Positions 51,151 through 64,000 of a stretch of 64,000 bases of DNA are shown piece after piece. The DNA is from Felis catus. Its lineage: Eukaryota. Numbering within the stretch: position 1 is the stretch's first letter; the number at the start of each line of letters is the position of its first letter. Location: the NCBI RefSeq assembly GCF_018350175.1, contig NC_058368.1, positions 57,538,001 through 57,602,000 on the forward strand, written 5' to 3'. The position numbers were made by a program, and so were the translations under genes. The notes beneath the pieces were generated by a model. That model did not search any database and was not told where the DNA came from. It saw nothing but the letters and a program-made list of their open reading frames with translations.

Positions 51151-53094
51151 TTCGTACTTGTTATAGTGGCATAAATTCTCAGGCTTTATTTTCCCTTTTC
51201 AATAGCATGGGCTGTCCTATTACATGTTAGGTCTTTTAGGTGGAAGCACTAGTTTAAATCTGACAGACAGAAACTGATGTTATAAACAAGAAAGCTTTCC
51301 ACATCTTTTGAATTTGATGTTGCATGTCTCTTTCACTTTTTCGTTCTTTCTCTTCTTCTGTCTAGGGTCTCCAGAAATTTGTTTTTCTCTTGTCTTGTTT
51401 GACTGATAGGCGGAACCAACTTTGTGAAAGCTGTTCAGGTTAGCAGACTTGCAAACTAGTAACAAGGAAGTGTCATGACTACATTTACATCTGAAATGAT
51501 AGGAAACACTGACAAGAATATTTTAGAAGTGGCCATTTATGTCTGATCATGGGAAAAAAACGATGGGAATGGAACAATTTGGTAATCAAAATGCTGATTT
51601 CTCCTGACTAGACAGAATAAAACAGTGCATCAATGAATCTCATCTTTTTCCTCTGTTTTTTTTTTAATTTTATTTTATACAGATCTATAAAGTAAGTTGC
51701 TTTCATTTGGATGCAAATGTCTAGTTCGATGAGAACCAGAGAGAAGGTGCAATACTTCTATGTCAAGTCCAGCCTAATGCCATTCCTGATTTGTAATCAA
51801 AATATTGCTTTCCACATAATAAAACTTAATAACATATTTCTTGATATTAAGGTTCAAAATTTCATTATCTAAATTGCCTAAAGTTCCATTTTGATTTTTG
51901 ACTATGCTGAACATAAGATTCATATGTTTTGTCTAAGTACTTTAGGGTATCTTCCAATTATTAGGCTCAAGAGCTATTCTCTCCTTCTTCCCATTCATAT
52001 AAAATGGGCTTTTATAATACCAATATCTAACATACATGTTCACAGAATTAGTATCTATAAGGTAGTTAGGACAACATGTGATACAGAATAAGCAGAGGAT
52101 TAGTGTTAGATAGTACCTTCATGATCACTGCTATTTTACTGCAGGTAAGACAATATCATATAGCCATATATAGCATTTGTGCCCTTGGACCTCTGAACTC
52201 TAAGAAGGCAAGGGGAATATGGAAAAGGTATGCAAAGAGAACAACTTTTGTTCCAACAGCAATGGTTGTCAACATATTAAGTTTAACTCTGAAGAGCTGG
52301 GGGTAGGGAAAATGTGCTTGGAATTTTTAGCTAACCCAATCAGTTGTTGCCAAATCTCAAATTAAGAAACAAATATCCTTAAATATCCTTAGAAGGCATG
52401 TTGTTTCACTTATCCTTCAATTAGGATAATATTTAAATTACCCCCCGAGACATAAAAGCATACATTGTTGAAAAACAAAACAAATCACAACAATCAAAAG
52501 CAAAACAAAACAGAAATCCAAAAAAGAAAGCTAACATGTTCAAAATCCTTTCATGTTCACAACCTACAGTCCATATGCTTAAGTCTATTGTGTCTTGATC
52601 TAAGAAGAGTTGCAGAACAGATGGTATGTTGGTGGTAGGCTTAGTTAAACCAATCTTCTGTTAAGGAAGATTGCCGCTGCCCATGTTTGATGTATTCTAC
52701 CCATTTTTAATGTGCATGTTAAATGGCAAGTGTGACAATAGAAGCAATTAAATATTTATGGTATTCTAAATCTTGATGACCATTTATGGGCATAGTTACT
52801 ATATGAAAAAATAGAGCTATTTTCAATGTTGATTTTTAAATCCAGACTATCTCAAGCTTTTTCTCAAGATAAATGCTCAAATTCTCAGGTGCTGAAAATG
52901 GGACTTATTTCTGTTTGCTCTAAAGGTCTGTGGCCAAGACACATCACTTATATTTTTGTAACTTATCATTGTTTTTCAAAATAATCATTCTATCTTTAGT
53001 TCATGGTTGTGGCATGTTGAGTCACTATATGTCAGCTTTTTGGGTGATTTGTTTTTCCAAAATATCAAACTGTATCACCTATATATCTATCTCT

Positions 53095-53430
53095 TTAACC
53101 TTGAACAACATGGGTTTGAACTAGATGTGTTTGATCTGCATGAGTCCACTTATATGTGGATTTTTTTCAGTAAATACAGTATAGAACTGCAAATGCATTT
53201 TATTTTATTATTTTCTTAATAATATTTTCTTTACTCCAGCTTACTTTACTGTAAGAATATAGTACACAATACATAAAACATAGAAAATATATGTTAATCA
53301 ATTATGCTATCAATAAGGTCAACAGTAGGTTATTAGTAGTTAAGTTTTGGAGGAGTCAAAAATTTTACATAAACTTTTGACTATGCAGGGAGTTTGGCAC
53401 CTCAAATCTGCATTTTTCAATGGACAACTC
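53095..53430 (+). mobile_element. Tigger2a-type element
   Basis: CCTTGAACAACATGGGTTTGAACT...TCCACTTATATGTGGATTTTTTTC. Confidence 0.85.
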
Positions 53431-54152
53431 TATAAGAGTTGAAACCATATGAAACTCTACATTTTCAACTATTTGATACTGCAGATTTAGTAAATATAGT
53501 CTATATATATATATAAGCAACATTCCCCCAAATCACCAAAATTTTGATAAGAAATATAGTACCCTTGAGAAAATGCTATTGTTATAAGCACCTGTTAGGT
53601 ACAGACTCCACTAATATTTGAATCTTTGTCTTTTGTGATATTTTGAACTAGGTAGCACTGAAAACACAAAGAAATTTTGCCACTTAGAAATAAGTTAAAA
53701 TGTTGGATTACCCATTTATTATTTTATGCATTTGGAAAACTTTATGATTTTTAATTATTTAATATTTAAATAATAAAAACTGTATCATGGGTTTATCGTT
53801 AAATGGAGCTATTACACAGAATTTAACAATACAATTAAAATATATTATTTCCTTTAGTTTCTATTTTTCTTGTAAGTACTTTCTGCTATATCCCTTAAGA
53901 TTTACATTTGCATAATTTTCTATTTTGCAAATATTAAAAAAAGCAAGACAAGATGTAAAAATTAATTTTATCTGCAGAATATTCTCTGTGAAAGTTTATA
54001 TTAATATATTATTTAGAATTCTATGTAAAGAAATGTAATTGTACAATTTTAATTAATTTTATTTAAAATCATTATAGTGTATAATTAAAAGTCAAAAGTA
54101 TAATTTTAGAAGCTTATATAAATATTTTTAAAGCATTTTTTAATAAATTAAG

Positions 54153-54325
54153 ACAAAGTTCTGCAAACATTTTCTGTAAAGGGCCATATAGTAAATATTT
54201 TAAGTCTTTGTAGATCAAATGCAACTCTGTCACAACTATTAGACTCTGCCATTGTAATATGAAAGCAGCAATAAGACAATACACAAATGACTGGTGCACC
54301 TGGGTTCCAATAAAACAAAAAAAAA
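54153..54325 (+). mobile_element. MER58A-like hAT element
   Basis: GCAAACATTTTCTGTAAAGGGCCATATAGTAAATATTTTAAG...CTCTGCCATTGTA. Confidence 0.85.
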
Positions 54326-56415
54326 GGCTAAAACGACAATGAGAAACCACTACACTTTTATAGAATGTTACATATGAAAATTTTAAAAGTTGACATTATC
54401 AAGTGTTGACTTTGAAAAGCAACTGAAACTCATTTATATGCAAATGTTATAACAAATTTGAAAAAAAAAGTTTGGCAGACTCTGACAGAAAACATACTTT
54501 TGCACTTTTGGGGAAGAAGGCAGAGTAGGAGGATCCTAAGCTCACCTTGTGCCACACATATACCTGCACAGTACCCACATCAGTGTAAATAAACCAGAAA
54601 ATGACCTGTGGACAAGCAGAACAGACTCTCCATAACTAAATGTAGAGAAGGGGGCACATTAAAAGGGTAGGATGGGCAGAGACTTGTTTGGGAACCAAAT
54701 TGGTCCATGAGACTGTCTATGGCAGGAAGGGACACTGCAGTCATGGAGAAAGAAGAGTAGACCTCACCCCAGGCACCCCAGGCATAGGAGAACTGTACTG
54801 GGAAAACAAATCTTCCTGACATTTGGTTTTGAAAATGGGAGGGGCTTAAAGTCATGAATTTTTACAATCAGTGAGGATTAAGACACAGAACTTTAAAAAT
54901 CAACAGGTTCAGCTCTAGAAGAGGACAATAGGTTACTGAGTCTCTGACATTGAAGAGAAAGCATAACAAACATCGCAACTCGAGATACAGCATAAGCCAG
55001 CAGAATGAAAAACAATTATTTACTAATTTCAGAACATGTGCTGGAGTGATAGGGATCATTAGGAGATTCTCCAATAACAAGAAAGCTGGTGGGTGTCATT
55101 TCTCTTCCCTCCCAGTAGCCTAAATACTTGTGGGAACCAGTCCATCAATACTCTCCACCTAGCTTGCTAATAATATACCTCACCCTGTGATCCTCTGAAG
55201 ACCTACCCTACCCAACACCCACATGGCAGGAGTCCCATCTAATGTAGCACCACAAATGTGGCAGTATGCAAACAGCCCAAAGAGGGGCCAGCATCACTCC
55301 ACATGACACCTGCCCTAGGGAGAGGGGAAGATAACCACACACACAAGTTTGCCTGTGGTCTCAGCATTGGGAAGGGGGAAGACATCTGGTCTGACTGTGG
55401 GCCCCACCCATCAATGAAAGCTTCTCAGGTGAAAACACAGGGAGAGTGTCCTAAAGTTCAGTGTGACTGCGGCTCTGGCATATGTTTGGTCTAACTGAAC
55501 TCAATCCCAAGGTGGCCTCAGACTGGACCACTAACAGCACAGAGACCAAATCTTGTCCACAAAAGTCATAGAGATCCACTGCAGATAACTGGACTAAATG
55601 CAAACACAATTCAGCCACAGCAGTAACACACACGCAACACACATAGGAGATACCCCTGAAGTGTCAGGTTCTGGTGAATAGGGAATATTATACTGCAAGC
55701 ACTATAGTACCTCTTCTTCATAAGGCCAGTACTTTCATAATCCAGAGATGTAGCTGACTTTCTTAAAACATTAGAAACAGACACAGAGAGTTAGACAAAT
55801 GAGAAAACAGTGGAATATGTCCCAAATGAAAGAACAAATCACAGCAAAAGAGCTAAGTGAGATAAGTAATATACCTGATAGAGAATATAAAGTAAGGTCA
55901 AAAAAAATACTCACCGGACTTGAGAAAAGAGTGAAGGACTGCAGAGAGATGCTCAACAAATAGATAGAAAATATTAAAAAGAACCAATCAGAGATGAAGA
56001 ACTCAATAACTGAAGTTAAAAATACACCAGAGGGAATAATAGTAGACTAGAGAAAGCAGAAGAATGAATCAGTGACCTGAAAGTCAAAGTATTGGAAAGC
56101 AATCAGTTGAACCAGAAAGAGAAAAATAAGAAGAAATAAAAATAGACTAAGGGAACTCAGCAACATTATGAAATGTAATAACACTTGCATTAAATGGATC
56201 CCAGAAAGAAAAGAAAGAGAAAGGGGGGAAGAAAATGTATTTGGAGAAACAATAGCTGAAAACTTCCCAAATCTGAGGAGGGAGACAAAAATCCAGATCC
56301 AGGAGGCACAGAGACCCCTCAACAAAATCAACTGAAGGTGGTCCACACCAAGATACATAGTAATTAAAATGGTAAAAAGTAATGATAAAGAGAGAATTTT
56401 AAAAGTATTAAGAGA

Positions 56416-56565
56416 GGGGCGCCTGTGTAGCTCAGTTAGTTAAGCATCCGACTTTGGCTCAGGTCATGATCTCATGGTTCAAGGGCTTGAGCTGTTTTGG
56501 ATACTCTATCTCCCTCTCTCACTCTGCCTCTCCTGCAATTGTGCATGCGCACTCTCTCTTGCACG
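56416..56565 (+). mobile_element. Can-SINE at the L1 deletion junction
   Basis: GGGGCGCCTGTGTAGCTCAG head; no proper tail or TSD. Confidence 0.88.
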
Positions 56566-56670
56566 AAATCCAAATAAAGTGACTATAAAGAAAGAGAACT
56601 ATACGTTAATATCTCTGATAAACATAGATGCAAATCTCAACAAAATATGAGCAAGCTAAATTCAACAGTC

Positions 56671-57430
56671 CAATAAAACATTTGTTTTCAAGCATAATTT
56701 ATTCCAGAAACATGCTTGTAATACAAAGCACTTATATATCAAAGTGAAATTTCCCCAGATTATTCATTCCACAACCCCAAAATATTCATATAAAAATGAC
56801 TACAGTACTTTAATAGAATACAAAGTAATAATGAAACTACAAAATATGATGAAAAATAAATTAACCTACATTTACCTTTGAAAACTTTCATGGCTGGCGT
56901 GAGAGAGACAAGAGAGAGGAGGGTTATTGTGTAGGACAACTTTCACTGTTACTAACAGATGTTGACTACAGTACTATATTAATAAATTCTTGTCATATGC
57001 TGTATTGAATGCAAGTGGCAATAAGGCAGTAGAGGAAAGGGTCTATATCTGTAGGCAGCCTGACCTAGAATGAAGCAAAGCATGCCTAAGCTTATTCTTG
57101 AATAGAAAAGCAAAGGACTGTCCATAGGTGCTTTGAAGTGACAAAAATATACTAGTGCCAGTTGTGGGCATCTTCCAACATTCTTAAAAATACTGATTTC
57201 TGCCAAACACCATGGCCTGAGACTGAGCATCTGAGCATGGGAGGCGATCACCCACAATCCCACAGAGAGAAAACCACCATTGGCTCAGTTGTGGTGATGT
57301 GACATTCAGTGTCATATAGTACTCCTGTTGCAAGACATCACTCATTTATCAAGTTAGAACTTATTAGAAATGTTTGCTTGTCCTATGGAACACTTGAAGA
57401 ACAAGTTACTTGCAATCCAAGGTTTTACTG
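56671..57430. mobile_element. TcMar/Tigger-like non-autonomous DNA transposon inserted in L1 ORF2
   Basis: left CAATAAAACATTTGTTTTCAAG versus right-end reverse complement CAGTAAAACCTTGGATTGCAAG (17/22); TA on the right; L1 is continuous across it. Confidence 0.8.
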
Positions 57431-57821
57431 TATGTTAAAAAAAAAATCATTCTCCATGATCAGGTGGGATTTATTCCTGGGTGCATGTGTGGTTCAATAT
57501 TTACAAATCAATCAACGTGATAGATCACATCAACAAGAGAAAAGATAAAAACTCTAGATTCTAGAAAGGCATTTGACAAAGTACAATATCCATTAATGAT
57601 AAAAACTGTCAACGATGTATGTTTAGAGGGAACATATCTAGCATATAATGATCGTATATGAAAACCTACAGGTAACCTTATACTCAATGTTGAAAAACAG
57701 TTTTCCCCTAAGATAAGGAAGAAAATAAGGATGTCCACTCTTACCACTTTTACTCAACACACTATTAGAAGTCTTAGCCATAGCAATCAGACAAAGAAAA
57801 GAAATAAAGGACATCCAACAA

Positions 57822-57940
57822 AGAAGGAAGGGAGGGAGGGAGGGAGGGAGGGAGGGAGGGAAGGAGGGAGGGAGGGAGGAAGGAAGGAAGGAAGGAAGGA
57901 AGGAAGGAAGGAAGGAAGGAAGAAGTAAAGGAAGAAAGAA
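57822..57940. repeat. (GGGA)n/(GGAA)n tract inside L1
   Basis: direct reading. Confidence 0.96.
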
Positions 57941-60604
57941 GGAAAACTCACTATTTGTAGATGACATGATACTGTATATGTAAAACCCTAAGGACTTCAC
58001 AAAAAACTACCAGAACTGATATATGAATTCAGTATCAAAATCAATGTACAGAAATCTGTTCCATTTCTATACATGAATAATGAAGTCGCAGAAATAGAAA
58101 GTAAGAAAAAAAACTAAATTTACAATTGCACCAAAAATAATACCTAGGAATAAACTTAACCAAGGAAGTGAAAGACCTGTACTCTGAAAACTGTAAAACA
58201 CTGGCGAAACAAATTGAGGATGACACAAAGAAATTAAAGATGATAAAAACAAATGGAAACATATTCCATGCTCATGGTTGGTAGAAACAATATTGATAAT
58301 ATGTCCATACTACCCAAAGCAATCTATGGATTTAATGCAATCTCTATCAAATACCAACACCATTTTTCTCAGAAGTAAAACAAATACTTTTAAAATTTGT
58401 ATGCAACCACAAAAGAATAGCCAAAGCAATCTTGAAACAGAACAAAGATGGAGGTATCACGGTCCCATTGATATACTGGGTAATCAGCGTTGTAGTAATC
58501 AAAACAGTATGGTACTGGCACACAAACAGACACATGTATCAATGGAACAAAATAAGAGTTCAGAAATAAGCTCACACGTACATCGTCAATTAATCTTCAA
58601 CAAAGGAGGCAAGGGTATCAAAGGCATAGAGTCTCTTCAATAAATGGTGCTGGGAAAAATTGGACAGCAAAATGAAAAAGAATGGAACTGGACCGCTTTC
58701 CCACACCGTATACAAAAATAAACTCAAAATGGATTAAAGACCTAAATGTAAAACTTGAAACCATAAAAATGCTGGAAGAGTGAATGGCAGTAGTTTTTCT
58801 GATATTGGCTTGAACAACAGTTTTCTTGATATGTCTTGTGAGACAAAGGAAGCAAAAGCAAAAATAAACTATTGGAACAACATCAAAATAAAAAGATTCT
58901 TCACAGCAAAGAAAACAATCAACAAAACTTAAAAGACAGCCTAGTGAATAGCAAGACATATTTTTAAAGGATATATGTCATAAAGGGTTAGTATCCAAAA
59001 TATATAAAGAACTTATACAACTCAACACTGAAAAGAAGAAAAATCCATTTAAAGTTGGGCAGAGGACATGAACATACATTTCTCCAAAGAATACATACAG
59101 ATGGCCAAAAGACACACGAAAAGATGCTGAAAATACTTTCTCACCAGGAAATGCAAATCAAAAACACAATTAGATACCACCTCACATCTGCCAAATGGCT
59201 GAAATGAAAAACACAAGAAACAACATGTGTTGGTGAAGATGTAGGAAAAAAGGAACCCTTGTGCACTGTTGGTGGGATCTAAAGTGGTGCAACCACTGCG
59301 GAAAACAGTATTGAGGTTACTTAAAAATTTTAAAATAGAATTACCATATAATCCCATAATCCCAATATTGGTATTTACCCTAAGAATACAAAAACACTAA
59401 TTCAAAAAGATAAACATCCTTATGTTTATTTTGGCATTATTTACAAGAATCAAAATATGGAAACAGCCCAAGTGTCCACCAATAGATGGCTGGACAAAGA
59501 AGATGTGGTATATATACACAATAGAATAATACTCAGCCATAAAAAAGAATGAAATCTTGCCATTTGAAATGTTATGGATGGATCTAGAGGCTATAATGCT
59601 ATGTGAAATAGCGTGAGGAAGACAAATACCATATGATTTCACTGATATGTGGAATTTAAGAAAGAAAACTAAAGAAAAAAGAGACGAACAAACCCCAGAC
59701 TCTTAAATACAGAGAATAAACTGGTGGTTACCAATTGGGCGGATGGGTGATATTGATGAAGGGGATTAAGCATATACTCATCACGATGAGCACTGGGTAT
59801 AGAATTGTTGAATCACTATATTGTACACCAAACTACTATAACACTGTATGTTAATTATACTGGAGTGGAAACAAAAACAAGATCAAAAACAAAACAAAAA
59901 AATTAACAACAAAAAACAATAAAAAACAACAAAAAAGACTTCATATGAAAATGACCAAAAAATCCTCTTAGCATATGGTCTGATAATCATGCTCAATTGA
60001 TTTGAATACTTATAGAAGCTATGAATATGTATAGTAGCTTTATTCATAATTGCCCAAAACTGAAAGCACCCAAGATTTCTTTCAACAGAGAGTGGATGAA
60101 CAATCTGTGATGCATCCATATGATGCAATATTATTGAGCACTCAAGATAAACAAGGTTTCAAGCCATGGGGAAAAAAAATGGTGGATGAAGCCAGTCAGA
60201 AAAAGCTACATACTGTATGATTCTAGTTATTTGACAGTTTGGAAATGGCAAAGCTGTAGTGGCTGTAAAATAAGGGGAAGGGAAGGAGTTAAATAGGTAA
60301 AACACCTGAGGTTTTTTTGTGTGTTTGTTTCTCTGTTTGTTTTTGGGGGAATGCTCTTTCACAAGCACTTCCTTTGTGTGGTTCCATCTCAATTCAAGTG
60401 CAATCTCTGAGATGGAAGTCCTGATCAAGATTTCCAAAGAGGGTTTTTCCCACAATGCAAAAATGTATTTCCTTTGTCAAATTCACCATAATCTATAATT
60501 ACACTCATATACTTTGTATCTATTTTTTATTTCAGTATGTAGGTTTCTTTATGGCAGAATCATTAGACACCATTTTCACTATTCTTTCTAACTTATATGT
60601 CATT

Positions 60605-61380
60605 TTTTTCTGAATCTTAATTTTTTAAAAATTCAAACTAATAAAAATGCAAGGACTGTACAACAAATACCTGTAAATCCTTCACCTAGATTCACCATGT
60701 GTTTATATTATGTAACATTTGCTTCTTTGTTTCTGTGAGTTCACACACACATTTACATTACTAGAAACCGCTGAGAGCTAACTATAGACATAATTAACTC
60801 TGTACCTCTTCAGTGCATATCTCTTCAGAACATTATATTCCATAATCACAGAAAAAAGAATCCGGGACACTTAATATTGATGCACTGTTATTTTCCCAAT
60901 AATAGACTTTGCAGCAATTTCTTGATCCAAAAATATGCATTGTATTATTATATTGTCCTGTGTGTTCTTAATTTCACTTATTCTGTAACTGCTATGAATT
61001 GTTTTGCAGAAATACAAGATGGTTGTTTTGTAGAATTCTCTTGTTTATCATTTTTCCCACATGATTCAAAATTTGCATTTTCATCCAGAATACCACATAG
61101 TGGATCATGCATTCTTACAGAATTGCATTAAGAGACAGTGTGTCCCTTAATGTCAGTGTGTCCCATTATGGTTGATATTAATTTTGATACTTAAGATGAT
61201 GTTTCTCAGTTTTCTCCACTGTAAAGTTAACATTTTATTCTTTGTAATTTATAAGTAATATGTGGTGAGATATCTTGAAGTGGTATAAATATCCTGGTCC
61301 TCTTCAAGATTTTATCCAGTGGTTTTAACATCCATTCATTTTTCTAGTTATAGTATTCCTTTAGTTAGCATTCCACTCTT
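60605..61380 (-). mobile_element. ancient L1MC/L1ME 3' end
   Basis: CCTTCACCTAGATTCACC...TTTCTCCACTGTAAAGTTA. Confidence 0.7.
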
Positions 61381-62130
61381 CAGAAAAGCCCCCCTCCCAA
61401 TTTATTAATTCATATAATAAATACATTTGAAATAATTTGCATATGTTATACATACTTTTATACGTGAGAGCAAGTTGGTTTGTCAAAGAAGTTATAAAAA
61501 GCATGAAAAAATGGCAAATGATCCAAGATGCAAGTCAGATATAAAGACAGAGAAAACTGTAAAAGTAGCAGAGAAAGTGTAACTGGCATGGGAAGAACTC
61601 AAGTTATTTGTTGAGTTAATTGTAACTGAGGAGAATGAGGACTTTACAGTTTTATGAAAACCAGGGTGTACACATTTTCAAGAAGTGTTCAGCTGGGCCA
61701 AATGTTATTGTTTTAAAGGGTAGTAAATGTAAAAAGCTGCTATGCATATGAAGGTCATTAGTAACATACGCAAAATTAGGTATGGGGATCTGGGGGGCAA
61801 GAAAACATATTTAGGGGACCATCAGCAGAATGAGTAATAATGAAATCAACTACATTTAGATACAGTTCCAGAAGATATTGTGGTAAAGGTGGAGAAAACT
61901 GTTTTAACTAAAATAGATGAAAGGAGGTGTTCTCTTCTTAAGGTAAGAAAACAGATATGTGTGTAATCAATTTCTGGGTGTCTGCAGAGATAATGTACAA
62001 AATCCAACAGATGTTAGCTGATAAATGAACAACAGCCTGGCATGATTGCAGTCCTCTAATTACTTCAATCAAGTGTAAAAAGTGCACTAACGTATCTAAA
62101 GAAAAAGGCCAGGTATGATCTATTTAAATA

Positions 62131-62633
62131 TCGACAGTCCCTGATTTATAGTGGTTTGCTTTATGATATTTTGACTTTGTAATGGTATGAAAGTGATATA
62201 CATCCAGTAGAAACTGTTGCTTGAATGTTGCTCTTTTCCCAGACTATCAATATGTGTTTTGATGCTCTTCATGATGCTGGGCAGCAGCAGTGAGCTGCAA
62301 CTCCTAGTCAGCCTTTTGATCACAAGGGTCAACAACCCACACACTGATGACAAGCATTCTGAAGCCATATAACCATTCTGTTTTTCACTTTTCAGTACTG
62401 AAATGAGTAAATTACATGAGGTATTTAACAGTTTATGATAAAACAGGCTTTGCACTAAATAATTTTGCCTACCTGTAAGTTTATCTAAGTGTTCTGAGCA
62501 TGTTTAAGGTAGGCTAGGCTAAGCTGTGATGTTTGGCGGGTTAGGTGTATTCAATGCATTTTTGTCTTACTATAGTTTCAGCTCCCGATTGGTTTGTTAG
62601 GACATAACCCCATTGTAAGTTGAGGAGGATCTG
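62131..62633 (-). mobile_element. Tigger5/MER47-family element
   Basis: GTTCTGAGCATGTTTAAGGTAGGCTAGGCTAAGCT...CCCCATTGTAAGTTGAGGAGGATCTG followed by TA. Confidence 0.88.
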
Positions 62634-63084
62634 TAATGCATTAGAATTTACATATTGTTTTCTTTTACCAAAGTCATACTTATTTATCATAAATACCTAA
62701 TGAGAGAAGTACTATATTCTTATTTTTACTTATGAACTAAGTTTCTTGGAGATATAAATGATACACTAGAGATGCAGAGGACATGGACCTTTAGTCCAAT
62801 TTTGGAAGGTGTACTTGTGCATGCATTGGGGTAGGAGGTGGAATCGTGTGCAATATAGTCTTTTAAATTGCCTTCAGAATTGAAATGTTTCTGGGAATTT
62901 TACAATGAAAAGCGCATAATAGAATTACGATGCTATGTGGTGAGAGGCATAGAGGTAGGAATGTGCATGGTTGTTTGAGGAGAGACAAGTTGACTGGTGG
63001 GGCTAGGACATATCTGTCTCTTTTTTGTGTTTGCCATGAGACCAGGTATGTATGTGTTACAGCTCTTAGAGCACAGCATAGCCA

Positions 63085-63202
63085 CTCTTCCAGCTCCTTC
63101 ACGAGGCTGTACACTCTGTGAACAGGGGTCATGTTTTCCTTCCCTTTATCTCTATTGCCTAGCACAGAGCTATGTACCCATGGTATTTGTTGAATAGATG
63201 AT
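63085..63202 (+). mobile_element. L2 3' end
   Basis: TGCCTAGCACAGAGC...GTATTTGTTGAATAGATGA. Confidence 0.7.
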
Positions 63203-64000
63203 AGAAGCAAGAGATGAAGCTGAAAAAGCAATTTGAGTCAAGGGCAAAGTTTCCCTCTTACAAAGTGATTATGTCAAAGAGTCACATACTTCCCAGTTGT
63301 CTTGATTTAAAAGGAGGCATTCATTTTAAACTTTAAATTAGATCTATGGCTTGAGAATATATTTCCATCAAAATGTAAGACAAGTGTTCAGAACTGTGTC
63401 CCTGCCTATCTTAGAGGATTTTAGTGGATTAACAAGGCTGATGAATTTAGCTCAGTTTTGTTAGGATTCATTACTGATGGAACATGGGAGAATGTAATTT
63501 TCAAAATGATACCACATTAGAGTATACTAGTGCAACTAATAATAGCCTTGGAGGAAGGGAATTACATTTTACCTTCTAATCATTCTTTTTTAAAAAAGAA
63601 CCAAGCTAGAGTTAAAATAAGGTGATTAAAGACCATAATTTTCACTTGGCCTTTTCCAAGGTGTGTGTGTGGGGGGGGGGGGCAGCAGGGAGTGAAGAGC
63701 TATAATAAAACCAAAAAAAACAGAAAATTAACATTATGGCTGATCTCTCCACATAGAATAAGGTAGAAACTTTAGTTTACCAGGAATTTCTGTCTTATAA
63801 TAAAAACAAACATAAAGAATTCACACCAAGGACCAGCAGTTTAATTCATTCTAGGTTAGTAAATAGGACAAGTGGATATTTTAAGCAAAAATACTTAGTC
63901 CCACCAGGTGTGTTTTCCTATCACTCTTGTATATTCCTGTGAAATGACAATATGTTCTCTCCAAGGGTGAGGTATCCTAATGCATCCAAATCAACCCAAG

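Larger units (their letters stand above)
54504..59930 (+). mobile_element. carnivore L1 with 5'UTR, internally deleted (ORF1 3' part and endonuclease domain missing)
   Basis: ACTTTTGGGGAAGAAGGC start like 34431; ORF1 relic 55800-56415; ORF2 from about 56580; 3'UTR and A-rich tail. Confidence 0.93.
54326..60320 (+). mobile_element. ancient L1M fragment (54326-54503 and about 59935-60320) split by a younger L1
   Basis: AAACGACAATGAGAAACCACTACAC...AGTTTGGCAG, resuming with GTAGCTTTATTCATAATTGCCCAAAACTG. Confidence 0.7.

Noticed and set aside
1..64000. CRISPR arrays, operons, rRNA or a CpG-island promoter
   Set aside because: Mammalian repeat-rich DNA with no regular repeat-spacer pattern; CpG-rich patches are confined to young SINEs and L1.

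Overview
AT-rich mammalian genomic DNA from a felid, judged by the many cat-type Can-SINEs (SINEC_Fc) and felid L1 3' ends. It is intergenic or deep-intronic, and roughly two-thirds is recognisable transposon sequence: L1s of several ages (nested, 5'-inverted, internally deleted), about 18 Can-SINEs, Tigger/MER DNA transposons, MIR/L2 relics, MLT1 LTRs and a two-LTR ERV-L (LTR16C-type) provirus relic. I could not identify any host protein-coding gene. The ORFs I can place are L1 pieces, SINE artefacts or microsatellites; the rest look like chance short ORFs. A few small candidate exons are listed at low confidence. The most unusual observation is two apparently independent L1 insertions (24442-25943 and 43886-45560) that share the same ORF2-disabling changes, which hints at a defective source mobilised in trans. 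Other retrotransposition oddities are a 16-nt twin-priming inversion, a 16-nt 3' transduction and a tandem SINE dimer under one TSD. Family names come from my recall of consensus sequences, not from a database search, and boundaries of old elements are approximate.
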